This document shows positions 29,162 through 37,249 of a stretch of 64,000 bases of DNA, piece after piece (positions within the stretch are counted from its first letter, which is position 1; every line of letters starts with the position of its first letter). The stretch covers positions 14,483 to 78,482 of the forward strand of contig JBIOXB010000163.1 in NCBI GenBank assembly GCA_044869275.1, given 5' to 3'. Made by a program: the position numbers and the translations under genes. The notes under the pieces are model-generated. The model did not search any database and was not told where the DNA came from. It was given only the letters and a program-made list of their open reading frames with translations. The DNA comes from a bacterium. Lineage in GTDB: Bacteria > Zhuqueibacterota > Zhuqueibacteria > Zhuqueibacterales > Zhuqueibacteraceae.

Positions 29162-29306
29162 AGACTGTGTGAAAACGCTTGGTTTCAACGCCGGCTGAGC
29201 CTGTCGAAGCCGGATTCTTGAACTTAGCTCCCTTCGACAGGCTCCCTTCGACAAGCTCCCTTCGACAAGCTCAGGGTGCGGCATTCTCAAGTTTTCACAC
29301 AGTCTG
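29162..29306. mobile_element. MITE family B (145 bp), 4-bp target duplication ATCC
   Basis: Ends AGACTGTGTGAAAAC and GTTTTCACACAGTCTG; ATCC at 29158-29161 and 29307-29310; internal 14-bp unit GCTCCCTTCGACA(G/A) x3. Confidence 0.88.
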
Positions 29307-29547
29307 ATCCTTTTCAAACCATATGCCATCTCCTGCACTTTCTGCAAACTGAAGTGCGATGTAAAAACAGGAAATTACGAGCTCAGCAAAAGGGCTGCAA
29401 TGTAGTCTTGACGGGAGGTGTTGCCTAAACACGACAGTCCAATCAGCAAAAGCCGCAACAGGGTGAACTTTTTCTGCCATTTAAGGGTTGTTGCATGCCG
29501 GCAACAGCGGGTAGGCAGGTGTTCAGAATGAGGCGCATGTTCGCGGC

Positions 29548-29576
29548 TTGACATTCAGGCGAAAACTCAGTACCAT
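29548..29576 (+). promoter_or_regulatory. Sigma70-type promoter
   Basis: TTGACA-17-TACCAT. Confidence 0.65.
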
Positions 29577-29626
29577 GAATTGGATTTTTGAGTTCCAACC
29601 CCAGCCTTCACAAGTCGATCCGGTTT

Positions 29627-32488
29627 ATGAAGTATTTTGACGAGCAGCCCAATCTTTTTCGCGTGCTTTTGGTGTCGGCCGCATTTTTCTTCATCGGCTT
29701 GGCAGCGGTAAATTTTCATCGCTACGCCTCTCTCGTCACCGATGAGAATCTCTTCAGCACCTCGCCTTCTCGTATTCACTTCTCACGAAATGTGCTGGGC
29801 CAGCTCGATCGTCGCAGCAGCGCTGCCGGCAATGTTGTGCCGGACACGATCAAAACCGGCGATCTGCTGCTGGAGATCGACCAAAACAAATTCGAGACGG
29901 CGCAGGAGGCAAGGGCGTATGTGGAGTCGCTGCGCGGCGAGGCGGAATTTGAAGTGAAAGTGTTCCGGCCGGCCAGTGGCCGTCGCATGGTGTTTAACCT
30001 GCAGGCCGCAAGCCTGCCCGACAGCTTTCTCGTGCAACTGCCGCCCAGCGTTTATGTGTACGACGTATTACCAGGTGGCGCTTCTGATCGCGCCGGTTTG
30101 CGCACAGGCGATCTTATTCTGCACATCAATGGGCAAAATTTTCGCGACGCTGGCGAAGCCGATAAAGTCATGCGGCGTGCACAAAGCGACCGCGCCATAG
30201 CCTACGATATTTTCCGCGCCGGCAGCTTCTTGACACTGCATGTGCACCTCGCGCGGCTGGGCACGAATATCGCCGTGCTCGTGAGTTTTGTGTGCGGGTT
30301 GTTTTTTTTGGGCGTGGCATTGTTCATCGGATTGCAGCGCCCGCAATTGCACGCTGCCCGGTTGTCCGCTGCGATGCTGCTCGCGTTCTCCTTTCCGGTC
30401 ATGGTGCTGCATCAACGCCACCTCGTGCTCGACCATTGGACGCTGACCATCCGTTTTACGCTCGTGGCGTGCTTGCTGCTGGGCGCCGCCTGCGCGTTTC
30501 ACAACAGCTTGTACTTTCCCAAGGAACGTCCGGAGCTCATCAGCAAGCGCTGGCCGATTTTTGCGCCGTATTTGATCGCGGGATTTTGGTTTGTCCTGCA
30601 AGTGCTTTTGTTCTTTTATATTGGCGGGGAGGTCAGCGGCATACCGTTTCTCTTTGGCTTGATCTCGCTCGGATTGTATGGCTTGTTCTTGTTCTTCCGC
30701 TATCGCAAGCAGCGCTCCGCGGAGTATCACAAACTCAATCGCGCCATCAAAACTGCGAGTCTGGTGGCGGCAGGCCTGGCGCTTACGATCGCCGTGCCGG
30801 CGGCGAGCGGTGCACAGGATGCTTCGCGCATCGGCTTCATCGCCATTCCGCTCACGCTGATTCCGTTCTCCTATCTCTACACCATCGGCCGCTATCGCTT
30901 GCTCGACCTGAACCTGCGCGTGCGCCGCAACATTCAATACACCATCTCCTCGTGGCTGTGGGGCGCACTGCTCGCGGGCGCATTTTTGTTTTTGCTCTTC
31001 AAGCTGCCGCACTTGGCGCTTGACTTTCCTCATTTGCGCCTCACCGGCACGTATCTTGAAATGGTGGAAGAGCCGCTGCCGCCGGCACAACGTGAAGCGT
31101 TGGAGAAAATCGTGATGATCGGCCTGGCCTTCGGCGCGTTTTATGTGTTGCGCAGCGCCAATCGCGCCGGGCAGTTGTTTATTGCGCGCAAGTTCTATCG
31201 CACCAGCTATGATTATCGCCGCGCCGTGAATGAAATGGCGGAAGTGATGGCCACCAAGCTGGGCATGATCGATCTGGCCAAAGGCCTGGCACAAAAACTG
31301 GCCGAACACATCCAGCTCAAGCGCGTGGGGGTGTTGTTTTTCCGCGATCAACGGGAGGCGTGTTGCATGGAAGGGCACGGTTTTGTTCATGACGAATGGA
31401 AGTCGTTTTGTCTCTCGGTTGACCAGCAACTCGTGCACGTGCTGCAAAAGTTTCGCAGCGAATCGCGTTTCAGTGTGGACTATCTGCCCGATCATTTAAA
31501 AGCGGAGTTTGAGCGCCAGGGCTTCGCGCATCTCTTTCCCATTCGCTTCAAGGAAAAACTCGTGGGCACGCTGTTGATCGGCGAGAAGCTTTCGGAAGGA
31601 TCTTTTCATGCGGAGGATCTCAGCTATCTCGCCGCGGTTTCCAAACAAGCTTCGCTGGCGATCGAGAATGCCTTTCTGTATGAGGAACTGGCTGAACAAG
31701 AACGTTTGAAACACGAACTGGCGATCGCCCGGCGCATCCAGCTGGCCTCCCTGCCGCAAAAGACGCCTCTCCTCGAGGGCCTGGAAATCGCCGGCGTTTC
31801 CATTCCCGCGCTGGAAGTGGGCGGCGACTACTTCGATTATCTCAACGGCGTGCCCTCCTCCAGCCCGTCCACCGAAAGCGTTGTGGCCGGCGAGGGCGCG
31901 GATCATATCACCATTATCGTCGGCGATGTCAGCGGCAAAGGGACTTCGGCGGCCCTCTACATGTCCAAAGTACAGGGCATTATGCGCTCGCTGCATGATT
32001 TCGGGCTGTCGCCACGCGAATTGTTCGTGCGCGCCAATCACTTGTTGCGCCAAGCCATGGAACGAACTTCCTTCGTGACCTCCATCGGCGCGCGCTTTGA
32101 AGCGCAAGCACGCTCTTTGCGCATGGCGCGCGCCGGCCACCTGCCTTTGTTTCATTACCGTGCGCAAACCGGCCTCGTGGAAAAAATCACGCCCAAGGGT
32201 CTGGGCATGGGCCTCGACGACGAAAAACTGTTCGCCGCCGAGCTCGAGGAGAAAAAACTGAGCTACGCCAGCGGCGATGTTTTCTTGTTCGTGACCGACG
32301 GCGTCACCGAAGCGCATAACGGCGCCGGCTCGGAATTCGGCGAAGACAGCGTGAGCGAAATATTGTGCCGCCATTCCTCCGCCTCCGCTGAAAAAATTCG
32401 CGATCACCTCATTGCCGCGGTCAAAACTTTCGCGCAGAATACCACTCAGCATGATGACCTCACGGTGGTGGTGGTGAAAGCTAAGTGA
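29627..32488 (+). CDS. Membrane sensor phosphatase: PDZ domains + multi-TM + GAF + SpoIIE/PP2C
   Basis: GGASDRAGLRTGDLIL.ING; AIENA.LY; VGGDYFD, GDVSGKG, RAGH, VTDG, HDDLT. Confidence 0.9.
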   Translation: MKYFDEQPNLFRVLLVSAAFFFIGLAAVNFHRYASLVTDENLFSTSPSRIHFSRNVLGQLDRRSSAAGNVVPDTIKTGDLLLEIDQNKFETAQEARAYVESLRGEAEFEVKVFRPASGRRMVFNLQAASLPDSFLVQLPPSVYVYDVLPGGASDRAGLRTGDLILHINGQNFRDAGEADKVMRRAQSDRAIAYDIFRAGSFLTLHVHLARLGTNIAVLVSFVCGLFFLGVALFIGLQRPQLHAARLSAAMLLAFSFPVMVLHQRHLVLDHWTLTIRFTLVACLLLGAACAFHNSLYFPKERPELISKRWPIFAPYLIAGFWFVLQVLLFFYIGGEVSGIPFLFGLISLGLYGLFLFFRYRKQRSAEYHKLNRAIKTASLVAAGLALTIAVPAASGAQDASRIGFIAIPLTLIPFSYLYTIGRYRLLDLNLRVRRNIQYTISSWLWGALLAGAFLFLLFKLPHLALDFPHLRLTGTYLEMVEEPLPPAQREALEKIVMIGLAFGAFYVLRSANRAGQLFIARKFYRTSYDYRRAVNEMAEVMATKLGMIDLAKGLAQKLAEHIQLKRVGVLFFRDQREACCMEGHGFVHDEWKSFCLSVDQQLVHVLQKFRSESRFSVDYLPDHLKAEFERQGFAHLFPIRFKEKLVGTLLIGEKLSEGSFHAEDLSYLAAVSKQASLAIENAFLYEELAEQERLKHELAIARRIQLASLPQKTPLLEGLEIAGVSIPALEVGGDYFDYLNGVPSSSPSTESVVAGEGADHITIIVGDVSGKGTSAALYMSKVQGIMRSLHDFGLSPRELFVRANHLLRQAMERTSFVTSIGARFEAQARSLRMARAGHLPLFHYRAQTGLVEKITPKGLGMGLDDEKLFAAELEEKKLSYASGDVFLFVTDGVTEAHNGAGSEFGEDSVSEILCRHSSASAEKIRDHLIAAVKTFAQNTTQHDDLTVVVVKAK

Positions 32489-32670
32489 AAAGCAAAAAGA
32501 AAACAGAAAAAAGCAGCTGAGCGCTAAGTTGCTGTTTTCTTTTTGCTGTTTGTTGTTCAAATTATGGGGGAATCATGGAAGCGAAACCTTAAAGCAAACA
32601 GCAAATAGAAAACAGAAAGAAGAGGTGGAGGATAATTTGCTGTTTTCTTTTTTCTCTTTGCTTTTTGTCG
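32487..32670. repeat. Degenerate inverted heptamer arrays (AAA(C/G)AG-like units)
   Basis: aaagcaaaaagaaaacagaaaaaagcag/ctgttttctttttgctgttt occurs twice. Confidence 0.7.
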
Positions 32671-32744
32671 TTCCTCTGCATATCCTTTCATTCCCTCGAA
32701 ATTCAATAAGACTCGCGAATTTCCTGTTTCAAATCAAGTTTTGC

Positions 32745-32860
32745 TTGACATCAAACCGCTTGCGTCGTATCATTCTCCGCAATTCGGCGACGAAAAGCCG
32801 GCGCTGAGCGTTTGACCCTCCTCTTTGTTTCGTAGGATGCCCTCTCGCGGGCCTTTTTTT
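32745..32860 (+). promoter_or_regulatory. Promoter plus short structured leader ending in a terminator-like hairpin (candidate attenuator/riboswitch)
   Basis: TTGACA-17-TATCAT; hairpins at 32785-32800 and 32819-32837; GCCC/GGGC followed by T7. Confidence 0.55.
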
Positions 32861-32910
32861 GCGCGGTTGCGGATCTCGATCTCGAACCCCTCTTGTGACA
32901 TTGCCATTAT

Positions 32911-33462
32911 ATGCCGAACAGAAAACTAGTGAATTTGAGAGTTAACGGCTCGACCTCTGAAGTCGCCGTACGGCCTTACGACGTGCTGCTGGACGTCGTG
33001 CGCCAAAACCTCCATCTCACCGGCACCAAGCGCGGTTGTGACATGGGCACCTGCGGCTGTTGCACGGTGATCATTGACGGTCGCGCACGCTTGTCCTGCC
33101 TGACACCGGTTTTGGAAGCCGCCGGCCGCGAGGTGACCACCATTGAAGGCTTGAAAAGCGGGGGCGACTTGCATCCGCTGCAGCGCGCGTTTGCGGAACA
33201 CGGTGGCTCACAATGCGGCTTTTGCACCGCCGGCTTCATTATGACTTCGAAAGCTTTTCTCGACCGGCATCCGCTTCCCACCCGCGGTGAGATCGCAGAA
33301 GCCATTTCCGGAAATTTGTGCCGCTGCACGGGATACATCAAGATTGTGGATGCGATCGAGGCCGTGGCGCACAATGCCAGGAATGGAGAGCTTCAGCGTG
33401 CTGCCAACCTCCCCGTCGCAAACCCCTGCCCTGTCCTTCAGAAGGAACCCTGTGACGCGTGA
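32911..33462 (+). CDS. Molybdoenzyme [2Fe-2S] subunit (HcrC/CoxS-like)
   Basis: GTKRGCDMGTCGCCTV, QCGFC, GNLCRCTGY. Confidence 0.92.
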   Translation: MPNRKLVNLRVNGSTSEVAVRPYDVLLDVVRQNLHLTGTKRGCDMGTCGCCTVIIDGRARLSCLTPVLEAAGREVTTIEGLKSGGDLHPLQRAFAEHGGSQCGFCTAGFIMTSKAFLDRHPLPTRGEIAEAISGNLCRCTGYIKIVDAIEAVAHNARNGELQRAANLPVANPCPVLQKEPCDA

Positions 33463-33585
33463 GCACGGCATTCAATTCTGCCAAGATTTTTTCAGAATCA
33501 CACGGTTGGGGGTGTGTAAAAGTAAACTTGACAAAGCACGAGAGCGCAGGGGCCAGTTGTATTTTCTCTGCACGGAGATCAAACT

Positions 33586-35898
33586 ATGCCCAACGTCATC
33601 GGCAAACCGGTTCCCCTCATTGATGGTTTGAAGAAAACCACGGGTGAAGGCGTTTACACCGACGACCTCAAATTTCCCGGCATGCTGGTCGGGAAGATTT
33701 TGCGCAGCCCGCTGCCGCATGCGCGCCTCGCAAGGATCGACACCCGCAAAGCGGAAGCATTGCCCGGCGTGCATGCCGTGGTCATCGGCAAAGAAGCGCC
33801 GAACACCTTTGGGGTGTTGCCGATCAGTGAAGATGAAACCGCGCTGGCGGTGGACAAGACCATCTTCATCGGCGACAACGTTGCCGGAGTTGCCGCAGAT
33901 GACGAGGAGATCGCCCTCGAGGCCCTGCGCTTGATCGAAGTGGAATATGAAGTGCTGCCGGAGTATCGCAAGATTGAGGACAGCCTGAAACCCGCCGCAG
34001 CACCGATTCATCCCGGCACCGTCAACGGTACGAACATTCATAAAGAGGTCGATCAGAATTTTGGCGACGTGCAAGCCGCGCGATTACGCAGCGCGTTGGT
34101 GCGTGAGGCACAGTATGATTTCGCCGGCGTGACCCACGGTTTTACCGAGCCGCATTGCGTCATCGCGCATTACGAGGCCGACGATCGCATGACGGTGTGG
34201 TCCGCGCAGCAGGTGCCGCATTATCTGCACCGCGCGCTCGCCCAGGTTTTGGAAATGCCCATGCATCGCATTCGCGTCATCCGCCCGATGGTGGGCGGCG
34301 CGTTCGGCGGCAAGAGCGATCCTTTTCCCCATGAGATGGTGGCGGCGCTGCTCTCGCGCAAATGCCGCCGGCCGGTGAAGATACTGTTCGATCGCGAGGA
34401 GGTTTTCATCAGCAATCACGGCCGCCATCCCACCCAAACCAAAATCGCGATGGGCATCGACCAGAGCGGCCATCTTACGTTTCTGGATTTGAAAGCGCTC
34501 ATCGACGGCGGCGCGTGGGGCAGCTTCGGCGTCGTCACCACGTACTACAACGGCGTGCTCAGCATGGGGCCGTATGACATTCAAAACTTTCGCTACAGCG
34601 GCAAACGCGTCTACACCAACAAAGCGCCCAGCGGTGCGATGCGCGGCCACGGCGCGGTCAATTCCCGCTTCGCCATGGAAACGTTGATTGACGAGCTCTG
34701 CGAAGCCGCGAATCTCGACCCCTGCGAGGTGCGACTCAAAAATCTCTTGCGGGGAAACTGCATCACCGCCAACGGCTTTCGCATCACCAGCAACGGCACG
34801 CGCGAATGTATTGAGCGTGCGCGCGCCGCTTCGGACTGGAATGAGAAATTTCGCAAGCTGCCGTTCGGCCGCGGCCTCGGTGTGGCCTGCGGCTTTTACA
34901 TCAGCGGCAGCGCGCATCGCATTCACTTCAACGATCTGCCCCAATCCACCGTCCATCTTAAAATAGACATGGACGGCGGCATCACCGTGCATTGCCTGGC
35001 TGCGGAAATCGGCCAGGGCAGCGACACCATGCTGGCGCAATGTGTGGCCGAACCGTTGGGTGTGAAGCTGGACCGGCTGCGCATTTTTTCGAGCGATTCG
35101 GACGCCGATCCGATTGACCTGGGTTCGTATTCGAGCCGGGTCACCTTCATGGCCGGCAACGCCGCGCGCGAGGCGGCGCTCAAGATTCGCGAAAAACTTG
35201 TGCGCGCGGCGCAGCAGCTCACCGGTTATGCGGCCGACGGCTTTGTTTTGGAAAACGAAGAAATCATTTACACGCGCGATCCGCGCGTACGCGTGACGTT
35301 CATGCAAGCTCTGGAAAAGGCGTTGGCGAACAATGGCGCGCTCCTCGCGAAAGGCAAGTATATGGGCCCGCCGCCCATCGGCGGCAAGTTCAAGGGCGCG
35401 CGCGCCGGGCTTTCGCCGACGTATACTTTCCAATGTTACATCGCCGAAGTTTCCGTCGATGCCGAAACCTTCGAGCCGCGTGTGGAAAAAGTCTGGGCCG
35501 CGCACGATTGCGGCAAAGCGCTCAACCCGCTCGCCGTGGCCGGACAAATCGAAGGCTGCATTCATATGGGCCTGGGGCAGGCCTTGATGGAAGAGATGGC
35601 TTACAATCGCGGCAACATTTTGGGGGCGAATTTCTTGGATTATCGCACACTCACGCCCATGCAGATGCCGGAAGTCGAAGTCATCATCGTGGAAAGCGAC
35701 GATCCTGAAGGGCCATGGGGCGCGAAGGAGGCGGGCGAGGGGCCGTTGCTGCCGATTCTGCCCGCCGTAGCCAACGCGATCTATGATGCCATTGGCGTGC
35801 GCCTGCGCAGCTTGCCGATGACGGCGGATAAAATTTGGAAGGCGGTGCACGACAAACGTGACAAGCGTAAAATCCGCCCGCGCGCGGTGGCGGTTTGA
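33586..35898 (+). CDS. Xanthine-oxidase-family molybdopterin subunit, 4-hydroxybenzoyl-CoA reductase alpha (HcrA)-like
   Basis: FGVLPI, QVP.YLH, GAMRGHG, GSYSSRVTFM.GNA, GKALNPLAV.GQ, AKEAGEG. Confidence 0.88.
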   Translation: MPNVIGKPVPLIDGLKKTTGEGVYTDDLKFPGMLVGKILRSPLPHARLARIDTRKAEALPGVHAVVIGKEAPNTFGVLPISEDETALAVDKTIFIGDNVAGVAADDEEIALEALRLIEVEYEVLPEYRKIEDSLKPAAAPIHPGTVNGTNIHKEVDQNFGDVQAARLRSALVREAQYDFAGVTHGFTEPHCVIAHYEADDRMTVWSAQQVPHYLHRALAQVLEMPMHRIRVIRPMVGGAFGGKSDPFPHEMVAALLSRKCRRPVKILFDREEVFISNHGRHPTQTKIAMGIDQSGHLTFLDLKALIDGGAWGSFGVVTTYYNGVLSMGPYDIQNFRYSGKRVYTNKAPSGAMRGHGAVNSRFAMETLIDELCEAANLDPCEVRLKNLLRGNCITANGFRITSNGTRECIERARAASDWNEKFRKLPFGRGLGVACGFYISGSAHRIHFNDLPQSTVHLKIDMDGGITVHCLAAEIGQGSDTMLAQCVAEPLGVKLDRLRIFSSDSDADPIDLGSYSSRVTFMAGNAAREAALKIREKLVRAAQQLTGYAADGFVLENEEIIYTRDPRVRVTFMQALEKALANNGALLAKGKYMGPPPIGGKFKGARAGLSPTYTFQCYIAEVSVDAETFEPRVEKVWAAHDCGKALNPLAVAGQIEGCIHMGLGQALMEEMAYNRGNILGANFLDYRTLTPMQMPEVEVIIVESDDPEGPWGAKEAGEGPLLPILPAVANAIYDAIGVRLRSLPMTADKIWKAVHDKRDKRKIRPRAVAV

Positions 35899-35973
35899 TT
35901 GATCAGGCCTTTCTTCATGCCTTACAGCGTTTTTCAATTGGAGGTGAAGATTAGAAGCAATCACATCTCGGCA

Positions 35974-36187
35974 TGTCATTCCGTGGGAATCAGACTGTGT
36001 GAAAACGCTTGGTTTCAACGCCGGCTGAGCTTGTCGAAGCCGGATTTTTGAACTTAGCACCCTTCGACAGGCTCAGGGTGCGGCATTTCCAAGTTTTCAC
36101 ACAGTCGAAATCTTCCCTAGGGCTTGGTAAAAACCCATTCGGAATTGTGCCCACTGCGAGGGAAGATCCCGAAGCTTCGGGATGACA
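35974..36187. repeat. REP-like family C copy interrupted by MITE B; right arm carries ATCCCGA-AGCT-TCGGGAT (36166-36183)
   Basis: Removing the MITE and one AATC restores TGTCATTCCGTGGGAATCTTCCC. Confidence 0.85.
35992..36108. mobile_element. MITE family B (117 bp), 4-bp target duplication AATC
   Basis: Same ends as the 29162 copy; AATC at 35988-35991 and 36109-36112; one internal 14-bp unit. Confidence 0.88.
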
Positions 36188-36268
36188 GAGTTTGTTTTCC
36201 TGTATGCTCAGGTGAAAAGCGATCTAATCAGAGTTTTGCAGCGACACTAAGACCATGGCAAAAAGCCC

Positions 36269-37249
36269 ATGATTCTCCCGCGCTTTGAATATCATCAACC
36301 CACAACCCTGAGCGAAGCCGTGGCGCTCGCACAAGCGTGCGACGGCGATTTTGATTTCGTCTCAGGCGGCACGGATCTGCTGCCGAACTATAAAAACCAG
36401 TTGAACGCGCGCGCGCATGTGATCAGTCTGAGCGGCATCAAGGAATTGTTCGCGATCGCCCCGGAGCGCATCGGCGCCATGGCGCGTTTGCAGGATATCG
36501 CCGAGCACACGGAATTGCGGCGCGCACTGCCGGTGATTCCGCATTCCGCCGCACTGATTGCCACGCCCCTGATTCGCGCATCCGGCACGCTCGGCGGCAA
36601 CATTCTGCTCGACACGCGCTGCTATTATTTCAACCAAAGTTGGTTCTGGCGCCATTCCAAGAACTTCTGCCTGAAAGCCGACGGCGACGTGTGTCTCGTG
36701 GTGCCGCAACATGAGGTTTGCTATGCCACTTATTCCGGCGATCTCGCGCCGGTGCTGATGGTCCTGAACGCGGCTTTCGTGCTGGTGGGACCGGAGGGCG
36801 AGCGCAAAGTGCCGGCGGAAAAGTTTTTCACGCACGACGGCATCACCCGGCACGTGAAATTGCCCGAGGAAATTCTCACGCATGTTATCATTCCCCCATC
36901 GGCGCAAACCTTGCGGGCGGATTATCAAAAACTGCGCGTGCGCGACTCCATGGATTTTCCCGTGCTGGGCGCCGCCGTGGCGATTGACTTGAATGAAAAC
37001 ACGATCACGCACCTGCGCCTTGCTTTGACCGGCGTGGCGACGACGCCTTTGCTTTTCGACGAAATCACGCAAAATGTCAGAGGGGATCAATTGAGCGAGG
37101 ATTTGATCGAAAGTCTGGCCGAGGAGGTGATGAATCAAGTTACGCCGTATCGCAACGTCGCGCTGTCGCCGCAGTACCGCAAAGCCATGATCGCAGTATA
37201 TATTAAACGATTGCTACGGCAATATTTGCCGGAGGTGAAATTTGTATAA
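36269..37249 (+). CDS. FAD-binding subunit with extra four-Cys [4Fe-4S] insert (HcrB-like)
   Basis: SGGTDL, GTLGGN..LDTRC.YFNQ..FWR....C...G..C........CYA. Confidence 0.9.
   Translation: MILPRFEYHQPTTLSEAVALAQACDGDFDFVSGGTDLLPNYKNQLNARAHVISLSGIKELFAIAPERIGAMARLQDIAEHTELRRALPVIPHSAALIATPLIRASGTLGGNILLDTRCYYFNQSWFWRHSKNFCLKADGDVCLVVPQHEVCYATYSGDLAPVLMVLNAAFVLVGPEGERKVPAEKFFTHDGITRHVKLPEEILTHVIIPPSAQTLRADYQKLRVRDSMDFPVLGAAVAIDLNENTITHLRLALTGVATTPLLFDEITQNVRGDQLSEDLIESLAEEVMNQVTPYRNVALSPQYRKAMIAVYIKRLLRQYLPEVKFV

Noticed and set aside
34084..36060. Long antisense ORFs (658 aa here; also 30068..31495, 2631..3698, 9200..10258)
   Set aside because: They shadow well-supported genes on the opposite strand, as expected at high GC, and carry no recognisable motifs.
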